A DNA stretch of 64,000 nt, taken from the NCBI GenBank assembly GCA_965644265.1, contig OZ286477.1, positions 56,854,001 through 56,918,000 of the forward strand, written 5' to 3'. Position numbers and translations under genes: made by a program. Source of the DNA: Glycera tridactyla (Eukaryota). Below the pieces are notes generated by a model. That model was not told the DNA's origin, did no database searches, and worked only from the letters and a program-made list of their open reading frames with translations. Shown here in pieces: positions 22,941 through 35,209 of the stretch; within the stretch, counting starts at the first letter, position 1, and each line of letters opens with the position of its first letter.

Positions 22941-23459
22941 TTTGTTTGTTTGAGGTTTAACGGCATGTATCAACCCACAGGATTATGTATGCCGTGTGTT
23001 CCTGGTTAATGAAAGCTAGATGGTCTCTCCCCTGCAGACATCACTCTCACAAACCCTGAACACAAGATGATGGGGAACTCCCCGAAAGGTTGTCAAGTGG
23101 AAGTAGCTGATGGTTCAGACACACCCCTACCAACTCTAACTACAAAAAAAAGACATATTGAACCTGATGATGGCATATCTAACTATGTAACTGGCTGGAA
23201 GCTAACACTCAAGCCTGATAGCTATGCTTTTTTTTTCGCAAAGCGCAGTACTTGAAACAAGGAAAAGCATTAGGTTCAGAGAATACTCAAACAATGTCTT
23301 CAATTACGAACTGTCAACTTCAAACCAGCTTTACAATCATGGCTTGCCCTATGCTTGCAGTACAATGCCATCACACAACCTAGTAAACCTAGTCGCAGCC
23401 CTAGTAACCCAGAACTGGTGTGCCTGGTACCCGCGTTTTGCATAGTGACAATATCTGCT
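22941..23459 (-). mobile_element. ~520-bp interspersed retroposon-like repeat with a (CAAA)n tail (second full copy ~57472-57956; partial copy ~22395-22510)
   Basis: High similarity between copies over the whole length; TSD GTACATGAGAGG at 22929-22940 and 23460-23471. Confidence 0.7.
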
Positions 23460-24526
23460 GTACATGAGAGGAAATCCAGTAGGTCTAACAAATAGATTAA
23501 CACAACATTGAGTTAAAACAACTAATAAACAAATTGTTAGTCTTCACATATAAACCCACTATGATAGTTCCTGGATATTCCATCTGGTGCAGCTGGTTTG
23601 GGTTCAGAATGTGGTGCAATATGCACTGATTTAATTGAAATACCTACATCTGATCACTTGAAATACTTTTTCACTCTGGTCGCCTATACGACCAAGTACA
23701 GCAAAAGAGACAACCTTCAACAGGGACCACTTTTACGGGGGCAGCTCTCCTATTTGACATATTCAACCATACCTCTGATGAGGCCACCTCTTATAAAGAC
23801 CACTGATTCATAATATTTAGGGTGGTGTCTTGTACCAGGTTTCACTGCACAGTGGAATCCATGCTGAGGACATGAGGCATCATGACTGAACATCAACCAG
23901 AAACATTGTGAAATTGTGTGAATGCACATGTATCCAGTCATTTCCAATTTCCACCTTTGGATTGAAAGATCATCGTGAAGCCACAGGTCATGCAAATGGC
24001 AATTGTGTCACGAAACAATTTCAGCTGCATCATGATCTGAATTGAAATATCCGTGATCTCTATCAAAAAACAGTGCTCATCTATCAAAACTATACAATAC
24101 CAACAAATATATCCAATAAATAATCAACACGGTTAGCAAATTCATAAATAAATGAATTAGGTCATGAACAGGATGAGATCGAACTAAGGGAAGAGAGTTA
24201 CAGCACAAAAATGGAATTCATTACCGTTATAAAAAAACAAGCACCTTAAATCAACCACAACTCATGGGGTGGGACGGAGGACAGCAAGGTATTCAAACAA
24301 ATCCGGCCTGCTTGGTTCGGACCCAGTTACCTATGCATGAGGGCTCCTGTAACGCAAGGCACAATATAGAAAATAGAACTGTACTTCTCGACTGGTCATT
24401 GTGAGTCCCAAATACTGAATAGTCTGTGTATGATAAATTTGGACTTGCATTATCTTTCTTGGGTTAATCATCCAGGAAGCTGGCTTTGATTAGAGCTATT
24501 GCATCTAAAAATGAGTAGGAGGAAGG

Positions 24527-25918
24527 CCCAGTATTTAAAAAAGGAACAGTGAGCCTAGCAGAAAATTACAGACCGGTGAGTCTTACGTGTGTTACATGCA
24601 AGATCTTGGAGCACATATTGTGCAGCCACATTCGCGACCACTTGGATCGGCATGGAATACTAACACCACTACAACACGGCTTTCGGTCAAAATTCTCTTG
24701 CGAGACACAACTTCTCACCACCCTACATGACCTCCTGAAGACGCGTGATAAAGGTGTGCAACTTGATCTGGCCATTCTAGACTTTAGCAAGGCTTTCGAC
24801 AAAGTCCCGCATAATCGCCTTATGTCGAAATTGCTGCATTATGGTATTACAGGCCCAACCCACAAGTGGATCCAAGCCTTCCTCAGTGATCGCACCCAAA
24901 GTGTTGTCGTCGAGGGAAGCCACTCTGCTAGCTCCCCAGTAACATCAGGGGTCCCCCAAGGAACAGTTTTGGGGCCCTTACTGTTTCTCCTCTTCATTAA
25001 TGACATCCCACAAGTCATTGATCCATCAACGAGGTGTAGGTTATTCGCCGACGATTGCCTCGTCTACAGAGAGATCCACCACGCTCAGGACCAGATCCAA
25101 CTCCAGAAGGACCTCAGCGCAATGGAACAGTGGAGTATTCAGTGGGGCATGCGTTTCAACGCGAAGAAATGCAACATCATGACTATTTCGCGATCGCCAC
25201 CACTTCGAATGATGTACCAACTCGATAACACCGTATTAGACCGAGTTAACTCCTGTGCCTATCTTGGCGTCAATATATCCGACGACCTGTCATGGGATAA
25301 TCACATTAACACCATCACCAAGAAGGCTAACTCCCGCTTGGGTTTCCTTCGAAGGAACCTTAAAGGTAGTCCTCGCCCCTTAAAACGGCTATCCTACATC
25401 TCTATAGTCCGTTCCACATTGGAATATAGCGCAGCTGTTTGGGACCCGCATCTCAAGAAAGACAAGCGCGCTCTAGAGCAAGTACAGCGCCGCGCAGCCC
25501 GATGGATCCAGCGTGACTACGGCATGAAATCGAGCGTCACAACTATGTTGGAAGACTTAGGGCTTGATCCCCTGGAAGACCGACGGCAAGCTGCAAGGCT
25601 CACTATGCTCTTCAAGATCATGACTGATGAAGTCAAGCTTCCACCTGAAGATCTAGATCTGGTTACGGCAGACTCACGCACAAGAGCTTCTCATAGCAGG
25701 AAGTTACAACACCTTCAAGCGTCTACTGATGAATACCGCCATTCATTCGCCGTGAAGACAGTTCCCGTTTGGAACAGACTACCTGCCCATGTGGCAGAGG
25801 CTGCCTCAGTTGATATATTCAAGAGGCAGCTTGCGTCACTGGCTGTCTAGCCACACTCCACCACATCCGCGCTTAATACTTCACTAGAGGGTTCTGCGGA
25901 TTATTCACTAGAACTAGG
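24527..25918 (+). mobile_element. 5'-truncated non-LTR retrotransposon (CR1/L2-group LINE), reverse transcriptase ORF 24549-25850
   Basis: PVFKKG, ENYRPVSLT, QHGFR, LDFSKAFDKVPH, GVPQGTVLGPLLFLLFIND, FADD, YLGV, WNRLP; no stops over ~440 codons; short 3' UTR ending in ACTAGA repeats. Confidence 0.95.
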
Positions 25919-27509
25919 GTAGAAAAAGTTCTCATCCCTGTACCCATGAAATCTGAATTATTTGGCACAGATGAACCCTCTCATTTGGTATTTGGCTTCC
26001 CCTCCTTTTATTTTTGAATGGAATAGCTCACTTATCCAGGTATCTGGTTTAATGACCAAATGTACCACAAGCAGAACAAATATTGAAGGGCTATGATGGT
26101 CATGGCTCACCTTTGCATCGATTATGTGTATACCTGTGACTACTTCCAGGTACATTGAAATACTTTCAAGCAATGATGCCGTTCTGAATGAATACTGTTT
26201 AGCTGTTAACAATGAATATTACACTCAAATTACCTCACCATTGAGAAATTTCTATTCAAGGTTCACACAGGACCCTACTGAATCAAGTGGAACTAAGTAG
26301 TAGACAAATCAGAAAACGTAAGCACTCAAAATTTGATGAGATTTTCCCAAGTATATCGCCTTGTATCTCTGAAACCCTGTATCCGAAAAAAAGATCAGTC
26401 AAGCTGCTAGCATCTACTTGATAATATTTCGATGGCTCAGCGCAACTCAGTACTTTGTCCATAGTGAGTTCGCCTAGTATTGCGCTGAGCCATCGAGATG
26501 TATCCATTATAATCATGCAAGCTAGAAGGTACCTATGATTTGAGAAAGATCACTCACAAATAGTGATAGGAAGATTTCCAAATATATAATTCCGTCAAAT
26601 TACAAATACTTTCAAATGGAAAGGGTTTGTAAAACCAGGTGCCTGGACGCAAGACCATTATACTGTATTCATAAACTGACTCCTGCTAAGAGCGGCTGTA
26701 CTTGCATTTTGTATTGATGTGGATGCTCATAACAGTGCATGCATCCCCGAGTAGTGATGGCACACGATCACACACGCATGCACGCACGCACACACACACG
26801 CACGCACACACACACAAACATGAGAAAGTGTATGGTTAGAAAACAGGCAAGAGTTCACTAAGAAAATTCCATGATATTACCCAATATCCGGCTTCTATAA
26901 TATACATAGCTAGCCTTTAATTTCAGCTCCGATTTAACAGCGACCTATTATCAAGCTTAAGATACATTCAAGCCCATTGGGTAATAAATTGAACCGTGAT
27001 GCATGAGATGGAAGTTACAATGGTGATAATGGGCGATATGGCGATGTGTATGAATTTGAGTGAATGGTTGAGCTTGGATGAGTGTCAGGATTTTCATGGT
27101 CCCGCTTAACTATGCAGGCAACTGCACACTTTGTCAGATCAAAAGCCATGATCACGCACCCATTATGGTGCTTATTCATGCCAACGAAATTACTGGCACT
27201 TTGTAATTACGAGCAGTCCAATCTGGAACGGGCTTCAACCATAATGATGCTATTGCTCTATGCAGCAAGCATCAATCAAGGGATGCCAGCATTCGATTTG
27301 GACCTGATATGAAAATACAGGACTGGCTGCCAGCAAGCCACAGTTTGCAAGCACAAGTGAATGGAATGGATGAATAAATGAATGAATGACTGAATGGATA
27401 TGTCTGCTCCGAGTTATCACAACTATGATACAGTCCACAATCCCACCTCGGCATACTCTGCAATGAAGCGGCCAAGTCTCAAAATAGATTGCAGCTTAAA
27501 TTATTATGA

Positions 27510-27520
27510 TGCTGAGTCAC
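27510..27520 (-). promoter_or_regulatory. Perfect antioxidant response element / NF-E2 site (GTGACTCAGCA) in the CNC 3' UTR region
   Basis: Plus strand TGCTGAGTCAC, 15 bp downstream of the CNC stop codon; function untested. Confidence 0.45.
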
Positions 27521-27534
27521 ACGCAATGTAGACA

Positions 27535-27711
27535 TTACTTGGCCCGCTTGCCACCTTTGCGTTTTTTATCGCCTTTCTTTCGCTCCTGTCTTGGGGCATT
27601 CCTCGTGGCATTCCTTGGGACCAAAAATACATTTCCGTCTCCAGACTGTTGCAATGAATACTCATTTGGATCGTACGGCTGCCCGCTGTCATCACGCAGG
27701 GAATGGAATAT
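27535..27711 (-). CDS. NFE2L1: CNC gene exon 10 (Neh3-like C-terminus)
   Basis: [33 protein letters not shown]...KRAK*. Confidence 0.95.
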   Translation of the reverse strand: MFHSLRDDSGQPYDPNEYSLQQSGDGNVFLVPRNATRNAPRQERKKGDKKRKGGKRAK

Positions 27712-28419
27712 CTGGAAAAAAAAAAAATCAGTGACAGCCTGATATGTAATAAATGCATGAAATTTTACATCTTCAATACTACCACGAGACACCCTAAAAC
27801 ACAGTATGACTACAGATACTTGTGGCATTCAGAGATGCATATAGAAATTCCAAGTTTGGGGCCAATCAGCCCATTAGATTAACAAATTGGGACCAATGCC
27901 ACATTATGGGGGACAATATAATGGAAATGGTAGTGAAATACATGTACCCCCAAAAATTCATGCATTTTAATGATGTAATATGAGACATACCTCTTGGTAA
28001 AGCTGGTTCATCTTCTCCTGTGTCTCATGGGCATCTTTATCGATGAGACGGCGTTGTCTGACCAGCTTGTCCCGCTCAGCGCGCATCTGTTCCACCTCTT
28101 CTTCCAGTGTGGTGATCACATCCAGCTTCCTCTTTCGGCAATTCTGGGCCGCGACCTACAATGAGGAATCACCGATATGAATTCTGGAATCAAGCAGCAG
28201 TTAACCGAATAATTTTCACGGTGATGGCAATACACTGAAACCTGACCAAATTTCATGACGCACCTCCCCCCCCCCCCCCCCCCCCCCACTTCAATGCAGC
28301 CAGATTCCGGAAAATTTGGATTTCGAATTCTGTGAAATATTCCCTGAATTCAGGAAATTACCAGAAATTGGCATCACTGTGTTCAACATGTCTTGAAACC
28401 AAGCTGGAGTATTGTAGAC

Positions 28420-28500
<81 letters not shown>

Positions 28501-31500
28501 CTCGCGCGTACAGGTTCGGACAAACGCGCATCCCCCGTTTCGTCAAAATGTCGGAATACGCGCATGTCCTCGCGCATACGCACACCCCTGAAATTCGCTG
28601 ACAAACGCCGAAGAAACGCCGATAATGAACTGAAAAATCGATCTTTTTACTTATAATTGTCAACGAATTGCCATGTTGTATCCGTCTCCTCCGCGCATTG
28701 CATGATGGGAGATGTTGAAAAATATTAATCGTTCGTACCCTGTTCCCTCCAACCCCAACCTCGTTCTCTATTTGTGTCATACAAATATTCGATCCCAGAC
28801 GGTTCTGTCGGGACTAGGGTTCGCAGGTGCAAAGCATCATGGGAGAAATAAAGTTAATATTTACATCATCAAGAAAAATGGCGGCCGGGTGTTGATAAGT
28901 GCTTCGTTCCAAGATATATTGACTAGAAATTATTGGACTGTAAAGAATTTCTTTATATGATAGTGCACAGAGGCATCATATGAACAAGTGAAAATATATT
29001 GATATGTGCTGAATTCGAACATTTATATGTGCGGAATCTGGGTTCTTGTTCTACCCTATTCAGGTCGCTAATAATTTCCAACAACCTCACTCAAACAAAC
29101 ATTGATATTGTTGCTTCTGAGGAATTATTCTAGGAAAGCAGGTGCCACAAAAATCAAAGGCCAATCATCTTTAGAATAGCTCAGGTGCAGTACTCACCTT
29201 ATTCTTGCCTCTGCGTCTGACATCTTTCATCGCCTGCATCTGTGGCTCTGTCAATCCATAGCGATTTAGCATCTCAGTGAAGTGATCCGCTGATGAATCA
29301 ATGATCTCCTCCATTGTGAACGGTATCTTTAGTGCCTTGATCCGCCTCTCGTCTCTTGGCACGTAAATGCTGGACTCCGAGAGTTTGTTTGAAGTTTTTC
29401 TTTCTTTTGGCTGTTGTCCAGGCTGTAGTGGGTATGAATGATTATGCTTCACATGTCTCATATCGGCAAAACCATCGAATGCTCCGCTGCTGCTCCCGCT
29501 GTCGGAATGGTTGCTGTTCAGTCGAGGGTGCCGCCCTCTGTATCCGCCAAAGTTCCGATAGGTCCCGCTGCGATATTTCTGGTATTTATGATCCAGCTCG
29601 TGTCCACCAGTAGCACCTTCCAAGCTGTCCATCTGAGATGACTGATCAGAGAAGTTTGATGTTTCATTTACGTCCTGAAACTGAGCACAGCATCCCATGA
29701 GTGATGATGCCTTACTTCATATATGAATAACAGAAATGTTGACAAAATGAAGATTATAATAATCAAACTGCACTCAGAAAGATAATGGCATGGAATTTTC
29801 TCAAAATGAATACAGTGAAACCTGCTCGAGAGTAAACCTGCGCTAGGCAAAATCCTGTCTTAAGCACATACCCCACGGTCTGCCCGGATGTTTTTTTCTC
29901 ACTATAATTGTCCTGCGCTAAGCAAAATCCTGTCTTAAGTGAAAGAAAAATTTGGTCCCGTGACTTTTCACTTAAGACAGGTTTTACTGTATGTATGTTT
30001 GTGTGTACATGTGCGTGCATGCATGCACTTGACAAAAGATTACAATAAATCATATTGCACTCAAAAGGATAAGATGGAATTTTCCCAATATAATTGCGTG
30101 TGTGTGTCTGCATGTGCATGCATGCATGCACAGGTTCTAATGTCAATGTGTGCGCACTGGTGTCTGCATATGACAAGTGCCAATGATACTGAACACATGG
30201 AGGAGGGAGCAAGATGTCCCGTTCTGGTATCCAAACATTTTGGAACAAGGCAGCCAATATGAACGATGAATAGAATTCCTACCTGTGAAGGAGAGGAGAG
30301 ACTTCCCATAGAGGAAAGAGCGGAGTCACTGCTAGCATCATCCAGTGCATGCTGGGTAAACTTTAAGTCTGTCAAAAGAAGAGGAGCACAGGTAAGAAAA
30401 TGGCGTAAACTTTTCTTTCCAGTAAAGAGTTCAACTTCTAATTCTCAATACCATTTCCAGAATCACTCATGTCTTCAGCATGAACTTGCATTGGGCAAAC
30501 TAGGTTTGCTTCAAGGAATGGGTCGAGTGAGTCTAATTCTTAATTTCAACAAGGGCCGATCTCCAGGTGTCATGAGTATTTTGTATGTATACATATGACC
30601 TGCATCCAGGCCCATTCAACCTGATGATAATCTACGACCAGCAACCACTTATCCATAACAAGTAAGTTGTTGCTCAAGACAGATTTCGCAGTAGAGATAT
30701 ATGTAGGAGAGACCACAAAAGGTGAACGGCTAAGAAGAATCAGTCTTTGAGAGCAAGCAAAGATGTCAATATCGGTGTGCTAGATGGATACAGACATATT
30801 TCTGGAGAGAATAGGAAAGTCAAGAGAAAGTCAGATTTCTCCATCAACTGGTTTTCCTCAGATGAATGCCAGGGTATCCTGTTTTTCTTTATCATATGAA
30901 ATGAGATTGAATTTTTTTTCAATAAGCTGTGGGATCAGTGAAAATTAATGGGGCACTGGTATTGGGAACACAGCTTAAATTCTGCACCTCCATTTCCAGG
31001 ATGTATCACTGAAAGAAGCAATACGTTGCCAGTCAAAAGTCTGGGAGGGTCGATGTGACGTAACTCAAACAATGGGGAAATCAACTTTCTGTACCAAAAC
31101 ATTGAATGTATGAGCTCTCATGCTGGAATTTTATGTTGTCAATAGCTTCACCTTGTTCAAAATGAGTAAGAACTCAGTTGATTAATGAGGGTTCCCACAA
31201 AACCTCACTCACCTTCATCCATTCCACCATCGCTGAAGTCCATTTCTTCAAATGCATCGTCGTTGTCCATGAGTTGTTCAATGAAGTTAGATGTACTTGT
31301 GTACATGTGTGAGGTTCCCGATGACGTCTGCGGGCTGGAAGCTGCTGCTGATGAGGACGGAGACGAGAGAGGGCTAATCTGACTGTCAGTAGACGCGGTG
31401 TACTCACTACTTGACGTTTGCGTGAAAGCAGCCATATTCAACGCTGGAGATTCTGTGGGTGGCGCGATACTAGCCTGCTGCGAAATGGCTGCAGTCGACT

Positions 31501-34500
31501 GGCTGAATGAGTTCGATACATCATTGAAATTTTCGAGAACGAATAAGGGATCCGGCATGTACAGATCTGCTGAATCATTGGTCGCAGATGGAGTAAAGAG
31601 TGGAGTTGCCAGATTATTGCCATTCAAACCATTCATGGTCGCCATTCCCATCTGACTCAGTAAATCATTCGTGCCATTGTTCAAATCTGTAGAAATGAAA
31701 AAAAAAAATATAATGTGGTGGTATTATACACCTACTAAAGAAGGAATTATCAAATGCCGGCAACAGGTTTCAAGCAAGCGAGTATTTACATGTATGTGGT
31801 GCATCAATTAACTTCAATCGCATTCAATCCAAGTGCAAAAGTGACTTAATCATGTATCTGTGAACAAGACAAATGTTTTCAGTAATTGTAATTTTATGCT
31901 CTTTTCAGTAATGTCAATACTCATTCGTCAGTGCTAGAACAGTATTACCTGAATCAAATTTTGCTAACGCAGTCATTCCATTTTTAGCCAAATTGCTCAT
32001 GCTTGAGCCAAATGCATTGTGAGATGACTTCAGTTTTGCCATATCTGTTATTTCAAGTCAGTGTATTGAGTTTCTGGAATGAAAAATCTCTTTTGCTACC
32101 CTTCAAATATCATTAAACCCAGACTTCTCATAACTACATGAGCTATATGAGAGGATAGTCCCTGTCTCAATTCACTTCAGAGTAAGTTTTTAAGCCAGTT
32201 TGGCTAAAGACTTGTCAATTTCTTGAGCCATGTGATAAAAGCTTTAGCTCCTGGCTAACTGGCTGATACCAATACAGAATTGCAAGATTGCTAATTACAG
32301 ATGGATACATACTATATGAGGGTGTGAAATCCACGCTGCTGTTGAGAGGAGGCATCGTCATTGCAGGATCGCTGAGGAGCGCTGCATCAGTAGCGTTGGA
32401 TGCAACGCCCAGTGTTGTGTTCCTGATGAGAGCACCTGAAATCTCTCCTTCGAGCGTCTCGTTCACCGACGGTAAATCGGTCTGGGAGCCTGGGAGGGCC
32501 TCAAACAGGAAGCCTTCACTGTCACCAGATGGCTCTTCTCCGACTGGGGGAGCACCATAATGTGCGAACAGATCTGCCACCTCCTGGAGACACTGCTCAT
32601 AGCTCTCACTCCGCTGAATACCAGCCTGCAATTAGGAATCCTGATACATCAGCATCACTTGAATTACCATCACTGGGCTACATGTAGTACTAGTTGTGCA
32701 AGTAAAAGGACGAAAAGACAGAATCATAAGTTTTTTCAAGGCTGCTTCATACACTTCACAATTTCAAGCAAAACACCTAGGGCATCCCTGTATTTGCAAA
32801 GAACTAATATCGAAACATGAGTTTCCCAGAAGTAGTATTTTGCATGAGTTTTTAAATTCTTTTCAAAATAAGTAATCATTACTCAATGAAATCAAGATGA
32901 CTGGCATCTTTGGAGTTTGATTCAGAGGATTTGATGATATAATGAACTGTGTGGTATTTGTATGATATTACCTTCTGTGACCTGTTCTTTTTTTTTTCTG
33001 GTGTGAATGAGAGATTTTGAATTGAACCAAATTCCAGTTTTTACATACCTGTGGCATATTGTTGCACAATGCAATGGCAGATTTCGGCAAAGTGTCTTCC
33101 ATGTTGCCCGTGGCTGTTGCAGTAGGCGACACATATGGCTGGTCGGCAAAGTCTGCAGCAGGTTCCGCCGGGGGCTGATACGGAGCAGGTTCGGGGTTCA
33201 CCACAGGGGGAAGAGTGACCGGGAGGGATGCTGGCGCAAACTGTGCTGCGTCGTATCCATCGGTAACCGGCGGTACAGGAGATATAAACTGCTCACTGGC
33301 TGGAATCTCGAAGTCATTGTTGAAGCTCGTATTGTTCTGTACGAGTGAAGCCAGCTGCTCTTGGAGATTGGGGTTTTCTGGCGAGGTTACATCTCCGTCA
33401 GAAGCCAAGTTGGTTCCATTGATCTGCTCTTCTAGTATACGCATCATATCGTCCACATTCAGCCCCTACAATTTCCACAAAAAGATATTCACTATCTACC
33501 AAACCTTGCAGTATACACTGATATCAATGAGATGAAAAAGCTAAATTTTTGGAAATCTGGTTGAATTTTCTGAAAAAAAATATCCTCAGAAGCATCTGCT
33601 GCTAATTTCTTGCCAGATTGCAGCAATTTCTCAATCTCTTATTTCTCACCCAGAACAGGTTGGAAGTGCCGCGATTCTCTTCATTGTTGGTTATCCTCGC
33701 GATCTGAAGGAGCCCAAGATGGCGGAAGACGTTATAGAGTGGTTTCATCCCATTTATGATGAAAATATCATGATTTTCTCAAAGGATGGCAGGGATATTC
33801 AATATTCGATTCCAAATAAATGTGCATGGTACTTGACTATGCATTCACACACTGCATGTTTATTGAGCAATATAAGGTGATACTGTGCGTGAAAGGCTAT
33901 CAGCCCCCCGCCCAGAATAGTAATCATTACTCCAAGATTGTAAAAGTAGGCATCTCTACAATACCAACAATAGGAAATAAATTTTAGCCTGATTCATACT
34001 TGAGAAGACAGAAAGAAGATTTCTTACATTAGCCTGAGTATTGTTGATGGCATTGATGAGCAATGCGGGCTCTCCGGTAACACCAGGTGGCGCCGGTATC
34101 CATTCTCCAGTTTCGTTGTCCACAATGTAAGTGATGTCAGGCTGCGGTGTCGTCTCTTGTTTGTCATCTCCACTCAACTTCTCCTCCTGCGAACGAACAA
34201 CACACAATCAGAAGCTGCCCCAAAGACTATTTGATGCAATAGCCAAGGATGTGATTGGCTCACAACCCAAAACCCTGATAACCTGACCACAGACGCCTTT
34301 CATCAAGATTTCTCAGACCAAGAAACCCCCACAACTGCTAACTAATGGGTACTATGACTGCATTTAAAGTACACATGTATGTGCTTTATCTCCACTAATA
34401 CTGGTCCGATTTTCATGATCAAAACGCGGAAAAAAGCGAAACAATCACATCCCTGCAAGAGTTCTTGGAACAGGAAACCCCCACAACAGCTGGCTGAAGG

Positions 34501-35129
34501 CAACTATAACCCATATAAACCCCTAACCCCACTAATTCTGGTCCAATTTTCATGATCTGTAATCCAAAATAATCAGCATAAACTGCTCTTTTGTGTCCTA
34601 TGCATGGATTGCTCATTTGTGATATAAAACAATGGAAATTCGCGGATCCACTGAATCATAGCTCATCTGGATAGTGGAATCCTCTTTGTACTAGCCAGAA
34701 CCACATCTTGGTTAGTCAAAAAGATTATACTCGCAGGTGCACCGCCCCTGCCTAAAAGCCTCTCACCAATCAACCACAGGTGGCTTTCCAGTACAGCACC
34801 CAGTGTTGCTTAATACGAGGATGTTTTTTCGATGTCAGACTTGGCCGTTAGTCTCCGCACCAAACTGGAATAATATAAGAGAACAACATACCTTCTGTTG
34901 TTGTTTCTGTAATTCCGCCTCTCGTTCCTTCTCCAGCTGCAACCTCAAGTTCATATCGAACATTTCTCGACCGACACCAAGATCCATGTCTTGGCGCCAA
35001 AGTATGTCGATAAGATCCATGTCCTAGAAAGCACAAAGCGAAGCACACACATTATTGAGTGGTTTACTTTGCCATAGGGTACCCATGTCTTTACTCAAGT
35101 ACTGATATATGGACACATGCACAACGCAT

Positions 35130-35209
<80 letters not shown>

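Noticed and set aside
23055-23100. Hairpin GGGG-AACT-CCCC-GAAA resembling a hammerhead stem II
   Set aside because: No CUGANGA core at the right spacing, and the hairpin is not conserved in the 57.6-kb copy
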